NCBI RefSeq assembly: GCF_037042905.1
Contig: NC_087245.1
Span: 40,302,001-40,366,000 of the forward strand
Source of the DNA: Lytechinus pictus
Taxonomy: Eukaryota
Reading direction: 5' to 3'
DNA length: 64,000 nucleotides
How positions within the stretch are numbered: the first letter of the stretch is position 1; every line of letters starts with the position of its first letter. The notes beneath the pieces are model-generated. The model was given only the letters and a program-made list of their open reading frames with translations, was not told where the DNA came from and searched no databases. This document shows positions 1 through 13,100 of this stretch, piece after piece. Position numbers and translations under genes: made by a program.

Positions 1-410
1 AGAATAAGCGAGTTTTGGAAGTTTGAAAAAGTCTTGTCGTACTTTCTATGGGGATCCTCAAATTGGCAAACATACTTCAAAATGGCTCTTCCTGACCTTG
101 ACATATGTGGTGTGAATTATATTTTCCCATGACATATATTATGCTCAGAATGAGGCAATATGTAATTTTTAAGATAATATGGGAAATCTGAAAAATTGTG
201 TACAAAACAAATGGAGAGTTGTCCACAAAATCAGCCATTTTTAAGCATGTTTGCCAATTTGAGGACCCCCATAGAAAGTACAAGACTTTTTAAACGTCCA
301 TAACTTGCTGATTTCACAACCGATTTTGATGAAACTTGTTTTAAATTGTTCCTCTTATTTTACTTTTTCCAATAAGAATGCTTCTCATCTTGGGTTTTGG
401 TTTCCTTTAA
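1..410. mobile_element. TTAA-ended palindromic MITE, cut by the window edge
   Basis: Internal inverted repeat (about 25-75 vs 246-292); ends GTTTCCTTTAA. Confidence 0.55.
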
Positions 411-1423
411 AGATGTCAGAAAATTTTGACAACTTAATTTTGTCCACATAGATGAATGGCCTTCAGTATTGTCAATATGAACCGTCATTTTTCGGTTTGT
501 AAATTGATGCATTGTCTCTTTATGCATTGCATGAAATATCAAAATATATTTAAATGAAATAATTTTTATTCTATGAAGTTCACTCTTGTAAAATAAAACG
601 AAATGAAGCATATTCAAATGAGATTATACTTGGAATGTTGCAAAGTGCATTGTTATTGAGTTATTAACTATGAATATTCTAATTTTTATTTTTGATTATG
701 GAAACAAATTGAGTATGACCAGATTTACATTCAATTTGGTGGATAATGGAATATTTTATCTCAAAATTAATTCAGCAGTTGCTGCTATGGTATCATTTGT
801 TGGAAAAGCTTTCCCTCAATTTCAATTTATTTTGCAACATTTTACCAAGTAAAGAATCTGGATAGGGGGGGGGGGAGGTATTTAACTTAACCAGTTGCAA
901 GCCAAAACATGACATTCTTGAAAGTACTTTTAACAGTATGATAAGCTTAAATTATCACTGTTCCTTTCATTAATTTTGAAAGTCGAACACCCATAAATAT
1001 ATGGCTTATACAATTCAAACAGGTAATCCAAATCAGGAAAAAAGGAAATCTTTGGCTTTCTGTTTATTTCGCGAGTGTATCACTGAACAAAATTAGTAAG
1101 GCAGTCATTTAGTGACAAATCACTAAACGCCATAGAAGTATATAGCAAAATAAATAGTGGAAATTGTACAACGATAAACATCAGCCTTATAAATTGGGAT
1201 TACCTTCTACACATTACTAGTTTACAGTACCCATGATAAACCTTAAGGCTGGGAGTTTCAGGAACAATGTCACTTTTGGCTTGCAAAAAAGGTTCCATGA
1301 CATTTGCTCCTGCAAATCCACATAAACATACCTGCCAACCCTGTGACCCAAGAAATGGGAACAAATTACCAAGAAATTTCCAGAAATGGGGAACATTCTT
1401 AAATAGAAATATGAACATGTAGG

Positions 1424-2011
1424 TTAAAGGACAAGTCCACCCCCAAAAAAGGTTGGTTGGAATAAAAAGAGAAAAATCCAACAAGCAGAAAACTGAAAAT
1501 TTCATCAAAATCTGATGTAAATGTTATGACATTTTAAAGTTTGCTTAATTTCACAAAACATTTATATGCACATCCTGTTGAGTATGCAAATGAGGAGACT
1601 GATGATGTCATCCACTCACTATTTATTTTGTATTTTATCATATGAAATAGGGAATTTTCTATTTTTCTCCTCATTGTCAAGTGAAACAACGATAAATTTC
1701 TCCCTGAACATGTAGAATTAGCATTGTTTAATGCTATATGATTCAGCCAAGATGGCCCTTAATGTCAAATCTATAAAAAATGAAATATTGTATAATTCAA
1801 ACAATAAAAAACAAAAGAAATAGTGAGGGACATCATCAACTGTCTCATTTGAGTTGTGCATATCACTGTTATGTGAGAAATAAGCAAAACTTAAAATGTC
1901 ATAACTTTCTTATATTACATCCTATTTTGATGAAATATTCAGCGTTTTACTAGTTTGATTTTTCTCTATTTATTCAAATCAACATTTTTCTAGGGTGTAC
2001 TTGACCTTCAA
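1424..2011. mobile_element. TTAA-flanked MITE (Kolobok/piggyBac-like)
   Basis: TTAAAGGACAAGTCCACCC ... GGGTGTACTTGACCTTCAA; long imperfect inverted arms. Confidence 0.7.
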
Positions 2012-3156
2012 ATTGCATTTTTCCTTTGCCCAAAATCGAAATATTCTTATTTAATTGGAACAGATGGTAGGTATGCATTATAAACATTCTGAACCAAACA
2101 CCCTATCACAACCCTAACCATATATTAGTAGACCATTATGAATGAGTGGAGAAGCAAGTGTTGCAGGAGCAAATATCATATGTTGGCAATTACCCCCACC
2201 CCCTCCAAAAAACAACACAAAATGGGGGGGGGGGGGTCATAACGGATAAAAAGGGGGCAGGGGAAGTCACGGTATACAGATGCACAAATAAGCACTACTG
2301 AAAGGCAAGAAATGCTAATTTTTCAAGGTATTTATTATTTAATTTTTTTTTTAAAGACCAGCAGCCAAGAAGATTCATTCAAGTCTACAAGTCACCATAG
2401 TAGCTGACCTCTTTAATTCAATGGGACAGATGCTATCCCTCACAAAATGGCCAACAGCCTAATCTGAGCTGGGGTCTTCTTGACACAATCACACAATATA
2501 TGATGCCACTACCAATCGTTCGATTTTTAAGTGTACAGGACGGGGCACTGGACACTGTCATGCATGATATACCACGTCTTCAATCATGTCAATGTTAGTG
2601 CTTTATTTTCAAGTTTAATGATACTTTGTGTAGCCAAGTGTATGCAAGACAATACATTGATTTTCCAGCAATTTTATTCCACATTTACCCTCAGATTCTT
2701 TTATGTACCAATCCCTTTCTTTTGACCCCAACCCCTTCCCCTTTTCTTTTCCTTACCATGTGAATCAGTCTGTTGATGGGGAGAAGTTTTTGCTGCGCGA
2801 TGCACGACAGGCTCAAGAACACAGCAAATGTATTGAAAATGATTGTCAAATGACAATGTGTGTACTACTACTAGCAGACATTTTGAATACCCTGGACTGT
2901 GCACTGGCCAAGAGCATGTGAATGGACCTTCATGTATAATCTATAGGCCTATAAGCTATTGTTGAAAAGATAAAGTCACTTGGTCTGAAAAGAGATCCCT
3001 CAAGCGAACAATGGAACTACCAGGTATGCCTATTCTAATCTGTATAGGCCTGCTATTCTTCTTTTGTGGGATCACGATCCCTCCAAAGGCCTATACAGTG
3101 TCAATGCTGAGATGTTTCCCTGTAGAGGAAATACATTGCATCATCATAAATTCATA

Positions 3157-3246
3157 GGAAGCAGAATTTCGTACTATCCCAACTCAATATTAACATTTCA
3201 AACCGTTCTTCTACAATGTGGGGACATTAACCCTAATCCAGGACCA
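3157..3246 (+). mobile_element. Remnant 5' coding end of an APE-type non-LTR retrotransposon with a 2A-like motif
   Basis: GSRISYYPNSILTFQTVLLQCGDINPNPGP. Confidence 0.6.
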
Positions 3247-4326
3247 AGTAATTCATCTTCTGACAGTCATTTTTAATTAATCCGTTCCAAAGCTTCGCAT
3301 ATTTTTTTGTTACGCCGTTCCGGCCGCAATGATCCGCTACAATTAGCTGCATTTTTGGTGAAAAGCGGCCGCAGAGCGCTGTCCGACCATCGCCTCTGCG
3401 CGAGCGCACCCGGCGCCCTTGCCGCTGGACTAGCTGCATGCATGTATGCCCGTTCCATAGGGATGCATACGCACTCACACATGCAGGCGACCCGTTCCAA
3501 GGACCCCCGTTCTCACAAAAATTTGTAGTTCCGAAGCCCGTTCCGAGGACCCTCCTTTTTACAATAAGCCCGCTCCAGAGCCCCCGTTTTGTGTCTCGCC
3601 CGTGGCACATACCTACCACTTTTTTGGTCAAGTAACCCCCCCCCCCCCCCCCCGGGTGTCAATTATGTTTTTAAAATAGATAACCGCTTCCGTGAATACT
3701 AAGAATATGTTTACCACCAGATATGGAGTGTAGATGATGTTTGGTGTCAAGTTCCAGGCTATGTGAGATAATCTACATGTATTCCATTAATATTTAGAAT
3801 CTGATTAACACCGGACGGAAAGCATAGATAATGACTGGTGTCAGGAGAATATCCCTGGCAATCATCTCTATCACATACACTAGGAAGATAATTAACAAAA
3901 GATGGAGGGTGCATATATATGTAAAGATTTAGGTGTGAAATCCATTGTCTCTTTTGGATCAAAGCTCATATGAATACCAATGACTGTTCACAGCAGACAT
4001 TCTATGCTTGGCGTTGATTTCAAGATTGGTGTCATGTCCTTGTTGCTGGTGGATCATCTCTTTCATATATGCTTAGAAGATGGCTAACATCAGATATGGG
4101 ATGTTTCCATCTTGTACACTGAGTGACATCACTGCAGGTGTAAAAAGAAAGAACAAAATATTACTCTAATAACAGTTCCTTTCAAAAACATTCATTCTAC
4201 GGTCACACATGTAAATGTGCAAAGAAAATAAATAAAAGTTTGCATTGGAACAAATGTACCACCAGCAGACTACATTGAAACACTTAAAGTGAAACATGCA
4301 TGTAAATTGGTATCATAAAAAACATC

Positions 4327-4516
4327 TACAAAATTTACTTATTTGGGATATCTTCAATAATTTTAAAGCTTCAACCAACCTTATTGATTATTTGGGGCGA
4401 GCTTTCCTTTCTCAAGCTAATTGATCAGTCACAAAGTCTGCTCGTCCAAAATAATTATTAAGGTTGTTTGAAGCTATAAAATTATTGAAGATATCCCAAA
4501 TAAGTAAATTTTGTAT
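4327..4516. repeat. About 190-bp hairpin (inverted repeat)
   Basis: TACAAAATTTACTTATTTGGGATATCTTCAATAA ... TTATTGAAGATATCCCAAATAAGTAAATTTTGTA. Confidence 0.8.
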
Positions 4517-6254
4517 TATTTAATTTATCACCCCCAACTGATGAAAGTTGTCTGTATTTTGGATATATACGGAATATTGCAATATCCTGACATAATGTTT
4601 GTTTAAATTTTGAAATAAATATCTCCATGTTTTCTTCAGACAAGAGCCTGCTTAATATGCATGTATATAAGAAGAAATTTACTTCACTTTATTAAGGATT
4701 GAAATTTGATGCAAATTACATGAAACTTACCAGAGTCTCTTATATTCTTCTGAGTCTGTCCTGTAGGATTTCTTGATGAGCTTGTTGGTTCACTGCTTCC
4801 AGCGGTTCACCTTGTTAGATCAGGGTGAGTCGACTTCCTCTAAAGCCAAGGCAGCCAGAGCATCTTGCTGGACTGAGATAGTACGGGTCCATTCCTCTTG
4901 AGGGACATTTCACTTGGCGACGTATGGAGGATTCAAGAGTAATGTATTGTCAAATGCTCGCCAACGGACAAAGAACAACTGAGAAGTCTTTGACGAAAAC
5001 TGGTGAGCAGCAATTTAGTCCTTGATGCTGGGTGGACGATACGTACATTTGCAATTAGGTCACGAAATTGATGTTTAGCTTCACTAACTATCAACAAAGA
5101 CTTCTTTCTTGTTCCATCATTTGACAGGCATTAGATAATACATTACTCCTGTTCTAGAATCCTCTGTATGTTGCTGAGCGAAAAATCCCTAATTAAGTTG
5201 CCCCAAGCTCACTCATCTGAAAGAAAAATGTAATCTTATTTCAATATACAACAGATCTTTAGCTTGGCCATACAGAAATACCTACGGTGGCACAAATTTT
5301 ATATTCTTATATTAAACATTGTTTTGACAATTCGGCGTGCTCCTCTTTATTGACTAAGTACTTGTATATTATGCGAATTTCCAGTAGGAAAAATTATGAC
5401 TTTGATGGATTTCCATATAGTTAAGATGATCAGATCAATCACAAGTCTTTGCAAGATGGGATCCTGATTTCTCATCAGCAAGGTTATTTCTCCGCTGGTC
5501 AATCATCTGTACTTCACAATACTGCATGCAGATCTATACAGATTAGACTTTGCATCAGCTGAACTCTTCTTAGGATGGTGTAAGAATAATTAATGACGTG
5601 TATATTCTTACCACTGTCCGAGGCCAAGGGAGAAGGAAAGTCGGCCGAAGATAGATGATCCAATCCAAAACTAGAAACTGAACTTCACATGACTTGCGAT
5701 ATACGATGCAATGGAGCCGAGTAAAGCTGAACAGTGCCGCCCAACACACACACTAACACCAGGAAGAAGAGTTGCGAATGACACTTGCTAGCTACGTGTC
5801 GGTCGTGAAGTTCCTTTACAGTTCAATATTGCGTTTTCCAGTTGAAAAAATATCTTGAAGAATGAACAGTACCTTGAAGAAGTACTAATCTCCCCAAAAG
5901 CGTACACGCTATCCTGGAGAGGGTTGTGCTGTGTCAGGTGCTGCCAGTGCACTGATCAGGTGATGTGGTGATCCTGTGGTGGTATTCTTCAAAAAAAGCA
6001 GTAAATGATGCTGGATGTTTAAAAAAGTGAAGATAACTGTAAAATATCCAAAGGATATCAACAGGATGACATGACCACGAGGCAACGAACCAAGGAGCAT
6101 ATGAGAAGAGTGACATTTTTACCCAGATTTTCCATGTGCAATTATATGTCTGTGATTAGCTCACTAACATGATAGGATTAAGGTAATCAAGAATATACCG
6201 TAACTGTTGCTGGATGTTTCCACTAGTTAACGAAATAAATTATGCATAGCAGAA

Positions 6255-7075
6255 TGTCTAATATGTCTTCCTATGAGCTAAAGGGATCCTTCTAACAGTT
6301 CAGTCCTACACATCAAGGTCCATGTATGTATTCTTTTCAGCTAGGCTGATCATGTAGCATCTTTTCTCCTATATCACATCACATGTATCTCATCACTCTT
6401 GAATGCCAAATCCAGATCCTTAAATGTCCAAATAAGTCTTCCTTTTAGTTATAGAAGGTGGTGTTGTAGAATAGCTTGGTCCATCACATCAAGGTCAAAA
6501 TATGTCTTCCAAATCAGCTAGGATGGTCCTGTAATGCCCATCGTTTCTCCTATACCACATCACATGTATCTCATAACTATTAAAGACCAGTTCTCGGTCT
6601 TCCTCAGGTCCAAATATTTCTTCCCATGAGCTAAGGTGGATTACCTCAGTCCATCACATTATGGTCCAAAGATGTCCTAAAAATCAGCTATTTTGGTCCT
6701 GTAACGCCCAATCTTTTCTCCTACACCACACCACATCTCATCATTATTGCAGACCAGATCCGGATTCTGAAAGGTCCAAATAAGTCTTCCTTTCAGCTAA
6801 ACTGGTCCTATGTTAGTTCAGTCCATAACATCAAGGTCCAAATGTGTCTTCCATTATTTTCGTCCTGTAATGTCCAAGCTTTTCTCCTATTATAGACCGG
6901 ATCCAGGTTCTTTTAAGGTCCAACTACATTTATGTCTTGCTATAAGCTAGGGTTATCCCATAATAGTTCAGTCCATCACACAAGATCAGCTAGGTTGGTC
7001 TTGTCATGTCACATCTTTTCTCCTATACCACATCACATGTATCTCATCACTATTGTAGACCGGATCCAGGTCCTG
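6255..7075 (-). repeat. About 5 degenerate tandem copies (135-180 bp) of the end of VCPKMT exon 5 plus proximal 3' UTR
   Basis: Marker TTTCTCCTA recurs near 6361, 6543, 6713, 6879 and 7015; GTCCATCACATCAAGGTC-like marker recurs near 6303, 6479, 6649, 6821 and 6971. Confidence 0.85.
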
Positions 7076-7114
7076 ACGGGGTATCTCCTCCACCAGGAAA
7101 TGTGGTTCCATCAG
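7004..7114 (-). CDS. VCPKMT: VCPKMT exon 5 (terminal)
   Basis: LMEPHFLVEEIPRQDLDPVYNSDEIHVMWYRRKDVT*; acceptor tgtag. Confidence 0.88.
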   Translation of the reverse strand: MMEPHFLVEEIPRQDLDPVYNSDEIHVMWYRRKDVT

Positions 7115-10100
7115 CTACATATGTTTGAAAAAAATAACAAATAAATATATTTGAATAATTGACATAAAACTTACAATTCTCTACACACAGGAAAGCTGAA
7201 TACATTTCCCACAACAAGTACAAGAGGGAAAGCATGGCAAAGATTGCATCCTTGTTTGTCCATAGAGGTACTTGTCACTTCATACTTTCTCTTTAAAAAA
7301 ATATGGATTTTATTTTTGATTGCACATTATGATCAATGTAGTGAAGAGAAAAAAATGCCTCTATGAATAATAAGATCAAGCACAAAGATTTGTGTTAACA
7401 GGGCCAGTAACATACATAGAGACTGTGATTTTCCATTAAAAAAAAATGATCTTTTCCATTTCTGAAAATCTGTAATTCCGTTTCAACTTGCTCTAAAAAT
7501 GGAAATTCCGTTTTGTCACTGAAAATGTACACAGCAAAAACCTGAATACCGTTTTGCAAAGGTGAATTCCATGGATTTTTACATAAAAAGTATACTAACC
7601 AAACAGAATTTTCATTTTGTTTACTGGTAAAACGGAAAATCACTGTCCCTACATACAGCTTAGCGATTGATCAAAGCCTAAAGGGTTGATTTCTACTATT
7701 TATTGCAATGGTTATTATGTATAAATAATTTAAAATTAGCATGATTAATCACTAATCTGCGTGTTACCCGGCCCAGATATTCCATTCATAAATTCAGATA
7801 AATGTCAGTTATTCTATCTTAGAAATAAGACCAATCTTATACTTATATGCAATGGTTACCAGACATATATGCTACTGCTATTGACCCTAGAACTTTTAGG
7901 CACTGCTAATTTACATATTGGATTGATGCCCACTGGCCATGGGACAAGAATCATTTTGTATTCTTTTGGTGCAATATCAAATTGAGAGCGATGGGAGAAT
8001 TATCTTAGTTTGCAATTGCTACTGACAGGCAGAAAACAAGAAATTGCTGAAAAATTACTTTTCAGGGTCTACCATAACTGCAATTGGGCTTTAATCCAGG
8101 TAAACTTTTTTAAACCCAAGCATCATCAATACCTTGTTGGAAAAGTGATTCCAAACTGGTTTGAAAGACCACTTAAGCCATTGCCTACTGGAACCTGGTG
8201 ATCCCTGTACAAAGCCTATGGGAATCACAAAACTCAGTGGCCAACAAATTAAGATCCCTTCTAAGACAATTTTGAGCGTCCCCTTTACAAATTAAACTGG
8301 ATTCCTCTAAACGAGTATAATGATGTTATTGTTATGTATTATCATCTATGTAGAGTGTTTTTAATAGCGATGCACTAAAAACGCATATTTTGGTCTGCAT
8401 TGATAGCCCGTGCAGTATCAGAGCGTATCCCTAACTAAAAAGGACCAAAATTTGACGAATATCCCATAGGCTCCTGTACAAAATTTGCCGTTGGAGTATG
8501 AGAGCATATTCAACTCTTGGAATATTTCTGGTATTCCATTCTAAGCCATCCAATATAATATAATTATTATACATATAGTGCATGCTAAGGAGTTCAATAT
8601 ACCGTAATATGAGTATTCATAGATTTCAAATTTCTCGCGTGCATTTACATTTCAAAGAGGCAGCACGCCGAGTTGAAATATAAATGCACAAAAGAAATTT
8701 TAAATTTATGTATACGAATGATATTGTATATTGAACAATTAGCATGTACTATGGGTTATGTAAGATGAGTACATTTCTGACTTGATATTGTATCAAAATA
8801 TCTGATCTTACCTTTAGGAGGTGACGTCATAATACAGCAATTCATTGCGCTCAGTAAAAAATGAAGGTGTAATACGCGTGTGGCCTGCTGGCTAGCTGCG
8901 CACTGCAGCTGCCCTAGAAATGCACACTAGTGGGATTTTGCTTTTCTCTTTCAATATTTTTTGCTCCTTTTTCATACATTTAATGCAGGGAATAACTCAA
9001 TTTTTTATACTTATTGCTAAATTCTGAGGTGTTGTACAACACAAATAGCGAACATTTATTTATTTCTTTACTGTATTGAAAAAATATTGCAGAATTGTTT
9101 TCTTCAAGGTATCGATCGATACATCACCCTGAGGTTTTGCACACAAGCTACCGTGCAGAAATTGCTGGTATATGCCACGATCATGGCAAGATACCGGATT
9201 ACTTAAATGCAAAAAGAGGGCAATTGACCAATCAGAAGCCTTCTCTCACACAACCCATCTTATATTAATTTATCATTGCATGAGAATGGGGTCTTCCTGG
9301 AGGATACAGAACAGACCTGTACCTTACCTTATCAAATAATTGATGAGCTTCAGCGTTTTGTCCAATGGTCCGCTCCTCGTAGCAGCAAAGAATGGCAGCC
9401 CCATCTTTGGAAAGATCACAGAGTGTTTTTACCAAAGGTTCTACGGCCTATTATGATGAAAATAAAAGTGCATGCGTCAATTCACTCAAAGAGAACATTT
9501 GTGACCAGCCATCCAATAGTCAATAATAATACGGCAATGAAGGTTCTACGCAAATAGCTGAAAAAATATTTTAGTCTCCAGAAAGTTAAAATTAAAGATT
9601 AGCTTATCTCAAAGTAAATCTTCATCATGCTGTCAAAATTTGGATTTGTAAAGTTAAATTATAGATGAGATACAAAAGTTTTTTTTATTACACAAGTTTT
9701 TCTGGATTGCTTGGAAGTCTTAGTGAGACTGCACTCTATGCATTGTGATATCTCATGCTTGAATCAAACCCAAACTTCAAACCATGTATTTTTTGAGGCT
9801 CTTGCTGAATTTCTACATTCGATCAAGTACTTGTGTGGATTGCTGTTGACCAATTTTGTCAAGTTATTGTTTTAAAGGTATGCTCCGTGCTGAAAATAAT
9901 ATGATTTATTAACAGATAAAGAAAAATCAGACAAACTTAACACTGAAAATTTAATCAAAATCGGACAAGGAATAACAGAATAAGTTATTGCATTTTTAAG
10001 ATTTGCATTATTCTAGTGAAACAGTTCGAGGCATGTCTTCATGAATATTCAATGAGCAAATTAATGATGTCATATCCCCACTGGTTCTTTTGTTTTTTAT

Positions 10101-13100
10101 TATATGAAATTAGGTTTACTGGTATTCAAATTTTTTCTACCAAGAATTAAAAAAATTAGATTGACAGCTGATTCAATAAATTAGATATTCATAGCTGCAA
10201 CTTATTTCATTATAAAGGAGACACATTGTGTGAAAAAATGAAACAATTACGATTTTATGTAATAACATAAAGAAAAGAAAAGTGGGGGATGTGTCATCAT
10301 CAGCTCACCTAATGAATATTCATGATAACGTGCCTTATTTTCACAAAATATTGCTTAACTTTAAAATTCAATAGCTTCGTTATTTGTTATCCAATTCTGA
10401 TGAAATTTTCAGCATTTTGCTATGTGAATTTTACTCTACTTATTTAGATATAAATATTTTCAGCCCGGAGCATCCCTTTAAAGCTTAGGGTGTGTTTTTT
10501 TTTTTCGGTTCCATGACATTTGCTCTGGCGACAATTGCTCCGATGGAAAATCTGCACATCACGCCGAACATAAAATAAAACCTAACCTCCATAACTGAAT
10601 AAACCCTAATTCTTATCTTTAGATTATTCTGAACCAAAAACCCTACTGACAATTTCAACTCTAGCCCCATGCCCTCTGAGATAATAAGACCAGAGCAATT
10701 GTCACAGGAGCAAATGTTGTGTCGTTGGTTTTTTTCGAGTTCATTGAAAAACTAAAAAAAAAGAAGAAATTTAATGCAACTATTTGTTAGTTTTGGGGTG
10801 GCAGGTCACACTCGTATCTTTGGGCACCATCTGAGGCCCCGTCTTACAAACAGTTGTGATTGATCCGATCAATCCCAACTATTGGACGGCCAGCAACATC
10901 AACATCTAAAATGCATGAATGTTCAAAATGTTTTCTAGATATGACGTAAATTACATAAATTCATTGTTTTCTTGACAATTTGGTGTGTTCGCCTTTGTTT
11001 ACAAAGGACATTTTGAAAATTTTATGCAGAAAAAATTATGACACAGATGGATTTCCATAGAGTTACGATTGATTGGATCAATCGTAACTCTTTGTAAGAC
11101 GGGGCCCAGAAACCTGCAATTCACTCTTACAACAGGCCTAGCGGATTGACTTTGTAATGAAGGCAGAGAGATAAACATTTTTACCGTGCATTAGACTTTA
11201 AAATATGTGAACCATTTCATATCTTCTACAGTATATATACAGTACCTCTAAGATAATAGAGTTCAAAGTTTGGATGTTTTTCAGATGCTCATAGCATTGT
11301 GCCACTTCGTAAAATCATGCGCATAGTTTTTACCGAGTTTCTAGCAGCATAAACCATGTATTGTGCCAATTCCTAATATCATTCAATCTAGATGGGCTGC
11401 ACATGCGCACATCTAGGTCAGGTTCCTGACCTCTGCGAGCCATTCTTGAGACTGGTATAGTACAGAAAGGATGGTATAAGCTGCTTTGTAAAATCAAAGG
11501 AAGGGGATGTGCCGTTTCGTGTGAAATTTAAATATGCTCTTATTCTTTTAAACAATAGGAACTGTAATCTGAAATTTAGTAAAATTTTCTATAGTTAATG
11601 AAGGTCTTTTAGAAGATGCAAAAACCTAAATTCCAAAAATTTGACCAATAATCAGGTTTGTTCGTAAATCACTGACGATTATATTAATAATAATAATAAT
11701 AATAATAGCTGGATTTATAAAGCGCTTTTTGTCAGAGGATACAAAGCGCTGCTATTATTACCCCGGCTTTAGCTCGAGCTACCATCACCGGCACTCAGTG
11801 CATGCAAGGAATTAATCCTGCCGGGTACCCATTCACCTCACATGCATGGCTACGATTCGAACCCAAGACCCTCTGTTTCAAAGGCGAGAGTCAGAACCAC
11901 TAGACCACGATGCACCCACGCGATTATACAATGTTCTGGAAATTACTAACCTCAGGATAGTAGACACAGTCAGACATGAGAACCAGTTCTGGTAAAGGGT
12001 TTATATCACTGATATCCTCACCCCTATATTAAAAGAAATGATATGACAAACAAAACAGGTCAGAATTTCATAAAGCTTGCTACCAATGGTGGTTATACTG
12101 AAATCATGTCATAAGCTACCAAAATCTTGTTATAAGCTACCAAAATCTTGTTATAAGCTACCAAAATCTTGTTATAAGCTACTAAAATCTTGTCATAAGC
12201 TACAGAACCATGTTCTAAGCTACTGAAGTCATGTTTAAAAGAAGTGATATCATGTCATAAGCTACTAAAATTGTTATAAGCTAGTGAAATCTTGTCATAA
12301 ACTGAAATCCGGCAATATGAATGGGTGTGTACTGTACGTAAATTTCTAGCATTTATCACTGATAACAAACATATTGAAATTTGCCAAGGAGATTAGCCTG
12401 TTGACTACCGACTTCTGCAATGCCCATAGGCTTTGAACAAGACCAGTTCCAATAGGCATCAGGGCAAGATAAGATTTTGAAAGGGTGGGGGGGGGGGGGA
12501 GCAGGGAGTTGACCATGCACAAAAACAAAGACGGTCATTGTTTAAATTTTTGTACATTGTTCATGAATAGAGTGAAGGGGGGGGTCCATGGCGTCTGGGA
12601 GATGATGAAAAATAATGTTAAATTTTCTTCATTTTACATAAAAGCAACCTCTTCATTGATATTTTCAATGAGCAAGGAAAGAGTGTATTAATAGAATCAT
12701 AAAAGAAAGAAGCATGTAAACTAACATATGAACAAGAATATAAAGAAATTGTGCATACTGCAGAGAGAGAATTTTTTTTTTTTTAGAACCATACCATTTG
12801 AGTACCTTAGCTGCGGCTGAACCATTGAGGGCACTTTTATTGTTTTTGATGTTCAGTTCCATGAGAGGTACAAACTCCTCAAGATCAGTCAAAATCACCT
12901 CGGATCTAGATAAAAAACAAATAACTAAGCATATTAAATGTTATTTTCATGTATATCAGTGTATTTCTACGTATCAATAGGTTTCCTACCGTCCAGAACA
13001 GACCTGAGAATTTATCTCAACAAGTTAAGATATTTTCATATATTATTCCTATAAACTAGCTCAACTTTCTTCATCTCATGAAATGTACATGCATGACAAA

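Noticed and set aside
4920..4985. NPPY and FFVRWRAF motifs on the minus strand (DNA methylase- or chromodomain-like)
   Set aside because: Short motifs between stops with no supporting domain; likely chance.
11245..11345. Segment reading VKTM...CYEH, resembling VCPKMT exon 4
   Set aside because: The pieces are in different frames with a stop; the real exon 4 is at 9328-9447.
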